Assembly: GCA_964016885.1 (NCBI GenBank)
Contig: OZ024740.1
Coordinates: forward strand, 288,424,001 to 288,488,000
Length of the DNA stretch: 64,000 nt
Origin: Eledone cirrhosa
Taxonomy: Eukaryota
Direction: 5' to 3'
Part shown: piece by piece, positions 24,118-39,307 of the stretch
How the letters are laid out: the number at the start of each line of letters is the position of its first letter
How positions within the stretch are numbered: position 1 is the stretch's first letter
Translations under genes and position numbers: made by a program
Notes under the pieces: model-generated
Database searches by the model: none
What the model saw: only the letters and a program-made list of their open reading frames with translations
What the model was told of the DNA's origin: nothing

Positions 24118-25097
24118 CATCATCATCACTGTTTAATGTTTATTTTTCCATACTAGCATGGGTTAGACAAGTTGTCCTGTGTGAGCAATGTCAGGTCAGG
24201 TCACCATGTCTTGCTCTTACAGAACTGATTTTGATTTGGTTTCTACAGCTGGATGTCCTTAACGCCAACCTCATTTACAGTGAGTACTGGGTGCTTTTTG
24301 TCATGACACCTACACAACTGCTTTACATTGTGGCCTGGGTGTTTTTTGCCATGTCGCCATCACAACCACTTTACAGTGAGGGCTGGCTGCATACTGTCGT
24401 GTCGGCATCTCGACCACTTTACAATGTGGGCTGGAGGTATCATATATAGGATAGTCATGGCTAAAATGCCTTTGATCATATGTTTTGCTAGAAAATGGCT
24501 GACCTGGAACTAAATGACCTCTGACATCCTACCTTTTGCTACCACATTCAAGACAAAATGCTTTCTCCAACTATTCTTCCTTCTGCATGAGCAAGACAGT
24601 CATCTGATCTGACTTGTCTCACAAAGGAGCAACTCGTCTAATCCATGCTAGCGTGAAGAATAGACGTTAAACTGTGATGATGAGGATCATTACCACTGCT
24701 GCAATGCTTCCACCGCAGTATCACCACCACCTCTAGACTACAATATCATATCTCTATACTATTACCTCAATGCAACCACCACAACCATTCTTCCTATATC
24801 ACAGCATCATGACTACTGTTCATATACAGTTCATACATCCAGCCCACATAGTAAAGTGGTCGTGCAGGTGTCACAACAAAAAGCACCCAGTCCACACTAT
24901 CAAGTGGCTGTGTAGGAGGCAAAAAGTACACACTGTAAATGTGGTTGGCGTTAGGAAGGGCATCCAGCAGTAGAAAACCAGCCAGAAACAGTTCCATATG
25001 AGCGAGACACAGTCACCTGATCCAACTTGCCACCAAATAGGACAAACCCGTCTAACCCATGCTAGCGTGGAAGATAGATGTTAAACGATGATGATGA
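24118..25097. mobile_element. Inverted pair of RTE-tailed SINE copies (24118-24435 minus; 24840-25097 plus)
   Basis: Same SINE body and tail in opposite orientations about 400 bp apart, plus an extra tail fragment at about 24590-24685. Confidence 0.75.
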
Positions 25098-25789
25098 CAA
25101 TAGCATCACTAATATCTCTATTATGTCAGCCAACTTTAAAAAAAAAGGTTCCAATCCAATATAAGAGAAAACATGGAAGAACCAATGGTGGAAACAATGA
25201 TGGAATTCTAATATTGTAGTTGGTGTCATATAAACAATGATATCAACCTCAATGGAATGTTTGTCTGCTGTTCTTTCTCTATTTCAAAAAACTTCAATTA
25301 CATCATTAGTAAAACATAATCACAAACAGTTAAAAAAAAAAAAACAGAAAAAAGAACGTTTTTTATTATTGTTTTATTTTCTTACTTCAAAACATAAAAT
25401 GATAATGAATTAAATGATTAGACTATAAATAACTAATTAATTTGTTGGGGTTCTCTTTGAAATCCATTCTGCTTTTTTGATTTACATATTGGAGGGGGTC
25501 GGTATTTTATAGGTCAGCTATACAATACGTGAAGGTCTGCTAGATAGATCTTTGTGACCTGAAGTAGTTGACATTCTAGAGATATTTGTTGCTGTTTGCT
25601 AGTGGAATATAAAATGTGTGTTTTGTAGTTTATATTTCTGGGTGTGTTTCGTCCTTTATATTTTATAGATATGCGTGGGTGTGAACATATTTGTTGGTAT
25701 GTATATGCAATTCAGTTTAATTTGATACAGATGAAGATATGTATTATATATGCACGCACACACACACACACGCAATATCTATTTAGCAT

Positions 25790-26450
25790 GTGTATGTATG
25801 TATGTGTGTGTGTGTGTATATATATATACATGTATAATGTGTATATATATATGTGTATATATATACATGTATAATGGATATATATATATGTGTATATATA
25901 TATACATGTATAATGGATATATATATATGTGTATATATATATACAAGTATAATGTGTATATATATATGTATATATATACATGTATAATGGATATATATAT
26001 ATGTGTATATATATATATATGCATGTATAATGTATATATATATGTGTATATATATATACATGTATAATGTATATATATATATATGTATAATGTATATATA
26101 TATATGTATAATGTATATATATATATGTATAATGTATATATATATATGTAATATATATTATATATGTATAATGTATATATATATATGTATAATGTATATA
26201 TATATATGTATATATATATATATGTATATGTATAATGTATGTGTATAATGTATATATATAATGTATATATATATATGTATAATGTATATATATATATGTA
26301 TATATATATATGTATAATGTATATATATATATGTATAACGTATATATTATATATATACATGTATAATGTATAATATATATGTATAATGTATATATATATA
26401 TGTATATATGTATATATATTATGTATAATGTATATATATATGTATATATG

Positions 26451-26481
<31 letters not shown>

Positions 26482-26544
26482 GTATATATGTATATATATA
26501 TATGTATATATATATATAGATATAATGTATATATATATATACAT

Positions 26545-26608
<64 letters not shown>

Positions 26609-27035
26609 GTATATATATATATATGTATATATGTATATATATGTATATATATATTATATATGTATGTATATGTATATATATTATATATATATATATATAT
26701 GTATATATATGTATATATGTAATATATATATATTATATGTATATATATATATATATATAATATGTATATTATATTATATGTATATATATATATTATATAT
26801 ATGTATATATGTATATGTATATATATGTATATATATTATATGTATAATGTATATATGTATATAATATATGTATATATATATATGTATATAGTATATGTAT
26901 ATATATGTATATATATGTATATATATATATATAGTATATGTATAATGTATATATATATATTATATGTATATATATGTATATATTATATATATTATATGTA
27001 TATATATATATATGTATATGTATATTATATATATG

Positions 27036-27066
<31 letters not shown>

Positions 27067-27514
27067 TAGTATATATATGTATATATAGTATATATTATAG
27101 TATATATATATATATGTATATATATATAGTATAGTATATATATGTATATATATTATATATGTATATATATATATATTATATATATGTATATGTATATATA
27201 TGTATATATATATGTATATATATATATATATGTATATATATGTATATGTATATATATGTATATATATATATATATGTATATATATGAGTATATATGTATA
27301 TATATTATATATATGTATATATTTATATATATGTATATATATATAGTATATGATATATATATAGTATATTGTATATATATGTATATATATGTATATGTAT
27401 ATATATATATGTATATTATATATATATGTATATATATATATTATATATATATGTATATATGTATATATATATATGTATATATATGTGTATATATATGTAG
27501 TATATATATATATG

Positions 27515-27561
<47 letters not shown>

Positions 27562-28250
27562 GTATATATATGTATATATATATGTATATATATGATATAT
27601 GTATGTATATGTATATGTATATATATATATATATGTATATATATATGTATATATATATATATGATATAATGTATATTATATTATATGTATATATATATGT
27701 ATATGTATATAGTATATGTATATGATATATATATAGTATAAGTATATAGTATATATGTATATATATATAATGTAATGTATATGTATATGTATATATATAA
27801 TGTATATGTATATGTATATGTATATATCTATAATGTATAATGTATAATGTATATGTATACTATATATACATGTATTAATGTATATGTAATATATGTACTA
27901 TATAATAATATATATACTATGTATAATATATATTATATACATATATACATGTATAACTGTAATATATATATAATACATATAATGTATATAATATATATAC
28001 ATGTATATTATATGTATATACTATAATACATGTATAATATATCTATATATCATATATACATGTATAATGTATATGTATATATATATATACATATACATGT
28101 AATAATAACTGTTACATGTATAACTGTATATATATATCACTATATATACAGCTATAATGTCTATGTACTGTATATATCTATACATGTATAAGTATATGTA
28201 TTATATATATATACATGTATAATGTACTATTCATATATATATATTATATA
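25790..28250. repeat. Compound (TA)n/TATG/CATGTATAA microsatellite
   Basis: Directly visible; becomes irregular toward the contig end. Overlapping ORFs are artefacts. Confidence 0.95.
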
Positions 28251-28264
28251 TCCCCCGCTCCATT

Positions 28265-28522
28265 ACTATGGTGGGCTCTTAGAAAACTAGGCGAAGCTTT
28301 GACCGATGCTTGAGGGCTATACAAGCCATGTATAAGAAAACAGTCAGCAAGGTTAGAATTAACAACAAATATAGTGAAGAGTTTAGCGTAAAAGTTGGCG
28401 TCCATCAGGGCTCTGTTCTCAGTCCACTACTATTTATTATTGCCCCTTCAGGCTATAACAGAGGAGTTCAAGACAGGCTGCCCATGGGAACTCCTATACG
28501 CAGACGACCTGACACTCATAGC
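28265..28522 (+). mobile_element. RTE LINE RT fragment truncated by the assembly gap
   Basis: RAIQAMYKKTVSKVRINNKYSEEFSVKVGVHQGSVLSPLLFII (one extra C) LQAITEEFKTGCPWELLYADDLTLI. Confidence 0.9.
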
Positions 28523-28722
28523 NNNNNNNNNNNNNNNNNNNNNNNNNNNNNNNNNNNNNNNNNNNNNNNNNNNNNNNNNNNNNNNNNNNNNNNNNNNNNN
28601 NNNNNNNNNNNNNNNNNNNNNNNNNNNNNNNNNNNNNNNNNNNNNNNNNNNNNNNNNNNNNNNNNNNNNNNNNNNNNNNNNNNNNNNNNNNNNNNNNNNN
28701 NNNNNNNNNNNNNNNNNNNNNN
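28523..28722. other. Assembly gap (200 N)
   Basis: Run of exactly 200 n. Confidence 1.
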
Positions 28723-28940
28723 TAGGAGATCCTGTAGTTGCTAGCTATATTAGCTCCGCATACGGGTTTTGTTGGTGGTCCTGTTGTCGGGTCGTTGACT
28801 GTCTTGTGGTCTTTGCGGAGCCCATACAAGGGTGGTATGCCATTGTTAGACGCCTGGAAGTTGTTGGCAGTGCATCTGCTTGGATTTAGGATGTCAGTCC
28901 ACATCATCATGTGAGCGTTGAGGATTTTTTCCCTCCCATC
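28723..28940 (-). mobile_element. Penelope-like element RT fragment (motifs 1-2)
   Basis: IPPLYGLRKDHK..GPPTKPVCGA corresponds to the PLE PxLYGLPKxHK / PxRPIVS region. Confidence 0.7.
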
Positions 28941-29035
28941 GTGTGTTTGTATATATATATATGTATATATATATATGTGTATATATATATGTATATATAT
29001 ATATGTATGTTAGAACACGAAAAGTGTGAAACACA

Positions 29036-29550
29036 GAATGTTCACTTTTCGTGTTCTAACATATATGCCTAGCTTCTTTAAAAATTTTTCGGGGATAGCC
29101 GTGGTGGTGATCGTATGTGATTGGCTAATTTTCAACCAATCAGAGTACCTCTCTCTATATCTCTTCCACTGTTACTTACGCCTGTTTCTCTCTATCTGTT
29201 CCGTCTCTATTTATATCTCTTACTCTTTCGCTTTGCACTCCTCCCCTTCAATACCATCTCTCCCCCTCTCTATATATTTGTTACTCTATCGCTGCACGCT
29301 CCTCTCCTTCAATATATCAATTACACACGCTTTACACTCCTTTATCCCCAGCGCCCCTATATATACACCCCCTCTCCCGCATCTATATTTTAATGTACCG
29401 TTGCACCGTGAATACATGTGTCTATATATATATATACATATATATTGTATATACACATTCATGTATGTGTATACACACTCATGTATGTATATACACTGGT
29501 TTTATGTGTGTATTGTAAATTTGTACTGTTAAAACACGAAACTAACATTC
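29036..29550. mobile_element. MITE-like element with ~25-bp TIRs and an extra upstream partial TIR
   Basis: gaatgttcacttttcgtgttctaaca (29036-29061) vs tgttaaaacacgaaactaacattc (29527-29550); third partial copy at 29008-29026. Confidence 0.55.
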
Positions 29551-30192
29551 GATTGACACTTTGATTACCTGTACAGGCAATAGTTATTAGAATGCTGTTG
29601 AAGTGTGTATATATTTTTGGGGGACATCCTGTATATACACACATTATATATAATACAATAAACAGATAAATACACACATATATATATGAGCTTATTTAAT
29701 TATAAATATTGTGAATTTTTAACTCAGTTCAATTATATATATAAATGGCTTCTACAGGACTAGAACTGTTTCATTCGAAAGAAATCATCATAATATTGAG
29801 AGGGGGGACTAGATAAAATATTTCAATCAAATGTGTATAAGTTATAAGTTAAAATGTATAAATAGAGACGATAGTGGAGGTATATCTGTTTAGTGGAACA
29901 GTAGACGATAGAATTAAATACAGACGATAATCTCCCTTTAATGAAACAGCAGACGATAGAATTAAGGCAATTTAAATTTTAAGCATTTGCATTTTTGCCT
30001 TTCATCGTTACGGGGTCGATAAAATAAAGTACCAGTAATACACTGTCACTAGACGACTTTCAAATTGAATTGTTGGTTCCATTTCTTTAGTATTTTCAAT
30101 TGTAGTTATCTACTTAAAAAGCGTTACACGGTTAGAGACATAATTCGTAAGTTATATCTTCCCTATTAAACCATTGCATTATTTCGCCTACA

Positions 30193-30378
30193 GGGCGGTG
30201 AATTGGCAGTATCGGTAGAGGGTTGGACGCCATGCTTTCTAGCATAGTTACGTCCCTTTACAGTCTGAGTTCAAATCCCGCCGAGGTTAACTTTGCCTTT
30301 CATCCTTACGGGGTCGATAAAATAAAGTACCAGTAATGTACTTGGTAATTTGCTGGCCTTGTGCCTAAAGTAGAAACA
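30193..30378 (+). mobile_element. tRNA-derived SINE, full length
   Basis: Head ggcggtgaattggcag..gagttcaaatccc; 15-bp TSD attatttcgcctaca (30178-30192, 30379-30393). Confidence 0.9.
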
Positions 30379-30603
30379 ATTATTTCGCCTACAATAGAAC
30401 AAAAATGAAATGTTCTTTAAAGAAACAGGAATATAACTTTATAAAAAAAAAAGTTGCATCCGCTTCTTTTATCATTGATAATTTTTTTCGTTTTAATATT
30501 AATTGTTTTTTGCAGTTGTTTATATTAAAAATCTTACTGTAATATTTACTTAAACGAAGGCAAACATCTAAACTTATAGATTAATCTTGAGCGAAGGACT
30601 AGA

Positions 30604-30862
<259 letters not shown>

Positions 30863-31978
30863 AACGAAGAATGATAAAATTTCAAGCAAAGAGTTTAATT
30901 AGGTATATTTTGTAATATTATTAACTAATTATTATAATTAACGCGCATATTTTGCTATCCTCAAACACGTTTACACATGGCATGAAATATAACTAATCCG
31001 AGATGGCTAGGTTTCATCTTCTAACTGGATAAACGAAATCCATTATGTCTTGACAACAACATGAGGTAACATTATGTTATTCACAGACACACTTTGTACA
31101 CTGTTCCATATCAGAATGTATTTCCTTCGTCACATTCACAAACAGTATTGAAAATATGTTCTTCGGCAAATAAAAATGTTTTGTTCATAATATTTCAACT
31201 AGCGATTGCTCTACTCCACGCACGACCACCATAAATTAATGACCAGCTCAACACAAGTATTGGTAGAGCGTCAGACACCATGCTTTGCAGTATTGTTATG
31301 GTCCTTTGCATTCTAAGTTCAAATCCTGCCGAGGTTAACTTCGACTTTCATACTTACTAATTCGATAAAATAAAGTACCAGTAATGGACTGCCGTAATGG
31401 ATTTGTGCCGAAAAATAGAAACACTATTAATGTGCAATAAGAGCAAAATATAACGACATTGCTCAATTATTTTATCTAATGTTGTAATAACACAAGGAAA
31501 TGTTGTTTGTGTATTTTTTTTTATATTTGCTCATAGGCTTTTACAATTTCGCTCAGCCAACAACTATTAAAAAGTGAGTTGCTTAAGATAACAATTTAAT
31601 CACAAATTGTTGCTATCTTTTAATACACTCCAACAAGTCATCAAATTATGTACAATAAAAACAAATCTTATTAATTTGCTCAGGGAATATAAAGAAAATG
31701 TATATACACTGATAATTGCAATTGTATGTAAATATTTTGTTTTTGTATTGTATATTTTATGTTTTCTATTATGTATAATATATTGATTTAATATTGATTG
31801 TTTTTTGTAGTTGTTTATATTAAAAGTCTGAAATATTTTTCTACATCTTACACTAATATTTATAAGATAATTTATAATAACAATTACATAATCTAATTAC
31901 ATTACAACGATAATTTATTATTAATATATATCCTGTTTAACTAGAGTTATTACAAGCGTTGCCTTAAAAAAATATTAA

Positions 31979-32933
31979 ACTAGACATGAAAAATGCGCAA
32001 GCTCAAAAGTGCCACAGAATGTTATAATAAACCTTCAAAAGTGTGGGACTAGAGTTGTTGCTAAAAAATATTGTAATCATTATATATCGTACATTCTGTG
32101 GCATCCTTTATAAAAATAGCTTAAACCAACGAAGCCTTTATTTTTACGCTATTTCACTTAGTTAATTCTTAGAGTGTAACATATAAAAATAAATACATCT
32201 ATGTTTAATGTAATAACAGCTATAAATAATTACGTAATATTATTATCATATACTCATAGTAACAAAATAATTGTGTTGAAACTTAATATGATGCTTATAT
32301 GAACGATCAAATCTATAATGATAATTTCTTAAATATACTAATAGTAAAATAATTTAGTTATCTATTGTTACATTTTCATAGAACTATAATATTAACAATC
32401 GTATTGCATTATCAAATTTTTATCACTACAAACTTTCATATTGGAATTACCTTAAGCCACTTATTATTACTTCGCTTTCGTACTTTTACAGCTGTAGATA
32501 TTGCGCTGTATCTTATATCTAATATCAATATCTCGTGGTAATTTGCATGAAGTGTAAAATAGGTTTATTAATAACTTAATATGAAATGTATTATACAGGG
32601 CTGCGGAGTCGGTCAAAAATTGACTGGCTCCAACTCAGGATCCGATACTCCATTATTTCCTAAATTTCAGCTCCGCAGCTCTGTTATTATATTAATTAAT
32701 TTATTTTATAGTTGTAAATCATATTTTTATATGTTACACTCTAAGAATTAACTAAGTGAAATAGCGTAAAAATAAAGGCTTCGTTGGTTTAAGCTATTTT
32801 TATAAAGGATGCCACAGAATGTACGATATATAATGATTACAATATTTTTTAGCAACAACTCTAGTCCCACACTTTTGAAGGTTTATTATAACATTCTGTG
32901 GCACTTTTGAGCTTGCGCATTTTCATGTCTAGT
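31979..32933. repeat. Inverted repeat with near-identical ~212-bp arms (31979-32191 / 32722-32933)
   Basis: By eye the arms differ only by one A/T homopolymer indel; about 530-bp AT-rich spacer. Confidence 0.9.
32596..32683. mobile_element. Miniature hAT MITE (88 bp)
   Basis: TIRs cagggctgcggag / ctccgcagctctg; near-TSD gtattata / ttattata. Confidence 0.7.
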
Positions 32934-33633
32934 ATATATATGTATATATATGTATATATATGTATATATATGTATATATATATGTATATATATATGTATA
33001 TATATATATGTATATATATGTGTATATATATGTATATATATATGTATATATATATGTATATATATGTGTATATATATGTGTATATATATGTATATATATA
33101 TGTATATATATATGTATATATATGTGTATATATATGTATATATATATGTATATATATATGTATATATATATGTATATATATATGTATATATATATGTATA
33201 TATATGTATATATATGTATATATATATGTATATATATATGTATATATATGTATATATATGTATATATATATGTATATATATGTATGTATATATATATGTA
33301 TATATATATGTATGTATATATATATGTATATATATATGTATGTATATATATGTATATATATGTATATATATATGTATATATATATGTATATATATATGTA
33401 TATATATATGTATATGTATATGTATATATATATGTATATGTATATATATATGTATATGTATATGTATATGTATATATATATGTATATGTATATGTATATG
33501 TATATATATATGTATATGTATATATATATGTATATGTATATGTATATATGTATATGTATATATATATGTATATGTATATATATATGTATATGTATATATA
33601 TATGTATATGTATATATATATGTATATGTATAT

Positions 33634-33665
<32 letters not shown>

Positions 33666-34090
33666 GTATATATATATGTATATATATATGTATATATATA
33701 TATGTATATATATATGTATATATATATGTATATATATATGTATATATATATGTATATATATATGTATATATATATGTATATATATATGTATATATATATA
33801 TGTATATATATATGTATGTATATATATATGTATATATATATGTATATATATATGTATATATATATGTATATATATATGTATATATATATGTATGTATATA
33901 TATATGTATATATATATGTATGTATATATATATGTATATATGTATATATATATGTATATATATATGTATGTATATATATATGTATATATATATGTATATA
34001 TATATATGTATATATATATATGTATATATATATGTATATATATATATGTATATATATATATGTATATATATATATGTATATATATATATG

Positions 34091-34141
<51 letters not shown>

Positions 34142-34361
34142 GTATATATATGTATATATATGTATATATATATGTATATATATGTATATATATGTATATA
34201 TATATGTATATATATATATGTATATATATATATGTATATATATATATGTATATATATTTATGTATATATATTTATGTATATATATTTATTTATATATATA
34301 TATGTATATATATTTATGTATATATATTTATGTATATATGTATATATATATGTATATATAT
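32934..34361. repeat. (TA)n/TATG microsatellite
   Basis: Directly visible. Confidence 0.98.
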
Positions 34362-35495
34362 ATGATGCTGAGGAGGATATTAGAGGGAGCTAGAGCAAAT
34401 CGCCTTCCTGCGGTCGTGGTTTTCATTGACTTTAGGAAGGCCTTTGATTCTGTGGACCGTTACTGCCTGATGAAGATCTTACAGGCTTATGGAATCCCCA
34501 AGAGGATAGTGGACCTGATATCACTGCTCTACACCAACACTAAAGCCCAAGTCATTACACCTGATGGGATGACAGAGTTCTTTGAGATAATGGCTGGAGT
34601 GCTCCAGGGAGATACATTGGCTCCCTACCTTTTTATCATCGTAGTGGACTATTGTATGCGCCTTGCACTGGAGAAACACCAGGACTCTGGCTTTACTGTA
34701 GCACCGGCTCAGAGCAGGAGAGTTGGGGCGAAAAAGGTATCGGATACTGAATTTGCCGACGACATAGTTTTGGTGACAAATACAGTGAAGGAGGCAGAGG
34801 ATTTGATGCGGGAGGTTGAGACTGTGTCGATGAGTGTGGGGCTGAGAATGAATGAGACTAAAACAAAATATCTGGTAGAGAATGTTGAGAAGCCAGAGGG
34901 GATCACTAATGTAGGCGGGAAGCCGCTGGAATTGGTTGAGGACTTCCTGTATTTGGGAGCAAAGATTGGGAATACGGAAGATGATGTGGTTGAGAGGAAG
35001 AGCAAGGCCTGGGCGGCGTGTCACAGCTTGAGATCGGTGTGGAAGTCGGACCTTCGTAGAGACCTGAAAATCCGCCTCTTCATTGCTGTAGTGGAGTCTG
35101 TGCTGCTGTATGGGTCTGAGACTTGGACACTGACCAAGAGACTCACTCAGATGGTGGATGGGTGCTACACGAGAATGCTGAGGATGGCTCTGAACATTAA
35201 TCAGTATACACTGAGGATGAAAAACTCAGAGCTGTATGGGAGCATCCCAAAAGTCAGCTCAAAAGTGACACAGAGAAGACTGAGGTTGGCTGGACATGCT
35301 CACCGACATCCGGAGTTGACATTGCACTCAGTGCTCCTTTGGGAGCCCCTACATGGACACACTGGAAGAGGAAGAGCAGGGTTAACATATGTTGATGCCC
35401 TAAGGACAGACACTGGTCTGTTGGAGATGCAGGATATGGCAGCGATAATGAGGGACGGAGACCGCTGGAGAGAACTCGTCCATGGATCTCGGTAA
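34362..35495 (+). CDS. RTE-X-like LINE reverse transcriptase, 5'-truncated, stop-free (377 aa)
   Basis: [54 protein letters not shown]. The first 488 codons of the listed 865-aa ORF are microsatellite. Confidence 0.92.
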   Translation: MMLRRILEGARANRLPAVVVFIDFRKAFDSVDRYCLMKILQAYGIPKRIVDLISLLYTNTKAQVITPDGMTEFFEIMAGVLQGDTLAPYLFIIVVDYCMRLALEKHQDSGFTVAPAQSRRVGAKKVSDTEFADDIVLVTNTVKEAEDLMREVETVSMSVGLRMNETKTKYLVENVEKPEGITNVGGKPLELVEDFLYLGAKIGNTEDDVVERKSKAWAACHSLRSVWKSDLRRDLKIRLFIAVVESVLLYGSETWTLTKRLTQMVDGCYTRMLRMALNINQYTLRMKNSELYGSIPKVSSKVTQRRLRLAGHAHRHPELTLHSVLLWEPLHGHTGRGRAGLTYVDALRTDTGLLEMQDMAAIMRDGDRWRELVHGSR

Positions 35496-35509
35496 TTTTA
35501 CCCGCCTTA

Positions 35510-37107
<1,598 letters not shown>

Positions 37108-37715
37108 GTCAGGTCACCAGTTGGTGCTACTGGTAACATGTATCCCAGTACAACCTGTCCCATGGTCGGGTCGTTGGCGACTAAACTGGCAACCCCACCA
37201 AGGTTTCTTGGTGAGGAGGGTGACTTTGGACATCCTGCAGGACTAAAAACAAAACCTGTCAAAGGGCAAAGGAGCTCTTAAGAGTCAATGGCCATCCAAA
37301 ATCACCGGGAGAGATGACCCCTTAGCCTTTGTCAAGGCAGAATTCTAGGAGAAGGAAAACTCTGATATAACACCTGCAACCCTGATGGTATCCAATGATG
37401 TTGACTTGTTCTTCTTTTTGGTAAATATCATCTTGGTTAAGAGAGTGGGACTGGCTTTGTGCAGTGCCTTTGCTCACTATAAAAGCTTCACGGCACAGGC
37501 ATTGCTTTATATCTGGAGATCTCTCTGCACTTGTCGTCACATGGTACCATGGGCCCAGCACTATGTGTCAGTAATTGTCACAAGTGTAGTGTTTGTACCA
37601 GAGTTTTCAAGTCGCTGGCTGGACTAAAAAGTCACACTCGTTCAGCGCATCGGTAGGGGTTCTCCTACATGGATATAAAGTAGTGGCCGTACTCGAAAAC
37701 GAGTTGGCAGCCACC
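37108..37715 (+). mobile_element. Non-autonomous bipartite RTE-derived element (5' leader fused to 3' zinc-finger end)
   Basis: RTE 5'UTR-like ctaggagaaggaaaactctga; 3' end encodes [25 protein letters not shown] (37579-37656) followed by hairpin ctcgaaaacgag. Confidence 0.7.
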
Positions 37716-38350
37716 ATATGTATGTATGTGTATATATGTATGTGTGTATATATGTATATATGTATCTATGTGTATGTATGTATGTATATGTGTATGTGTG
37801 TATATGTATATATATGTATATATGTATGTATGTATATGTATATGTGTGTATGTATGTATATATATGTATGTATGTGTATATATATGTATGTATGTATATG
37901 TATGTATGTATGTATGTATATATGTATGTATGTATGTGTATGTATGTATATGTATGTATGTATGTATATGTATGTATATGTATGTATGTATGTATGTATA
38001 TGTATGTATGTGTGTGTATGTATGTATATGTATGTATATATGTGTGTATGTATGCATGTGTATATGTATGTATATGTATATATGTATGTATGTGTATATG
38101 TATGTATATGTATATATGTATGTATGTGTATATGTATGTATATGTATGTATGTATGTGTATGTATATGTATATGTGTATGTGTATGTATGTATATATATA
38201 TGTGTATATGTATGTATGTATATGTATGTATGTATGTATGTATATATATGTATGTGTGTGTATGTATGTATGTGTATATGTATGTATATATGTATGTATG
38301 TATGTGTATATGTATGTATATGTATATGTATGTATATGTATATGTATGTA

Positions 38351-38383
<33 letters not shown>

Positions 38384-38633
38384 ATGTGTGTATGTATATA
38401 TATATATGTATGTGTGTATATGTATGTATGTGTATATATGTATGTATGTATGTATGTGTGTATGTATGTATATATGTATGTATGTATGTATATATGTATG
38501 TATGTATATGTATGTATGTATGTATATATGTATGTATGTATGTATATATGTATGTATGTATGTATATGTATGTATATGTGCATGTATGTATATGTGTATG
38601 TATGTGTGCATGTATGTATATATACATGTATAT
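37716..38633. repeat. (TATG)n-rich microsatellite
   Basis: Directly visible. Confidence 0.98.
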
Positions 38634-39043
38634 ACCGGGAGAGATGACCCCTTAGCCTTTGTCAAGGCAGAATTCTAGGAGAAGGAAAACTCTGATATAA
38701 CACCTGCAACCCTGATGGTATCCAATGATGTTGACCTGTTCTTCTTTTTGGTAAATATCATCTTGGTTAAGAGAGTGGGACTGGCTTTGTGCAGTGCCTT
38801 TGCTCACTATAAAAGCTTCACAGCACAGGCATTGCTTTATATCTGGAGATCTCTCTGCACTTGTCATCACATGGTACCATGGGCCCTGCACTATGTGTCA
38901 ATAATGGTCACAAGTGTAGTCTTTGTACCAGAGTTTTCAAGTCGCTGGCTGGACTAAAGTCACATTCGTTCAGCGCATCGGTAGGGGTTCTCCTACATGG
39001 ATATAAAGTAGTGGCCGTACTCGAAAACGAGTTGGCAGCCACC
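38634..39043 (+). mobile_element. Second, 5'-truncated copy of the bipartite RTE-derived element
   Basis: Aligns to 37304-37715 with a few substitutions and a 2-bp deletion. Confidence 0.85.
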
Positions 39044-39096
39044 ATATATATGTATATATATGTATATATATGTATATATATATATATGTATATATG

Positions 39097-39127
<31 letters not shown>

Positions 39128-39228
39128 GTATATATATATATGTATATATATATATGTATATATATATGTATGTATATGTATATATATATATATGTATATA
39201 TATATGTATATATATGTATATGTATATG

Positions 39229-39275
<47 letters not shown>

Positions 39276-39276
39276 G

Positions 39277-39307
<31 letters not shown>

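Noticed and set aside
28310-28910. ORFs spanning the N gap
   Set aside because: They join two unrelated elements (RTE and PLE) across a 200-N scaffold gap.
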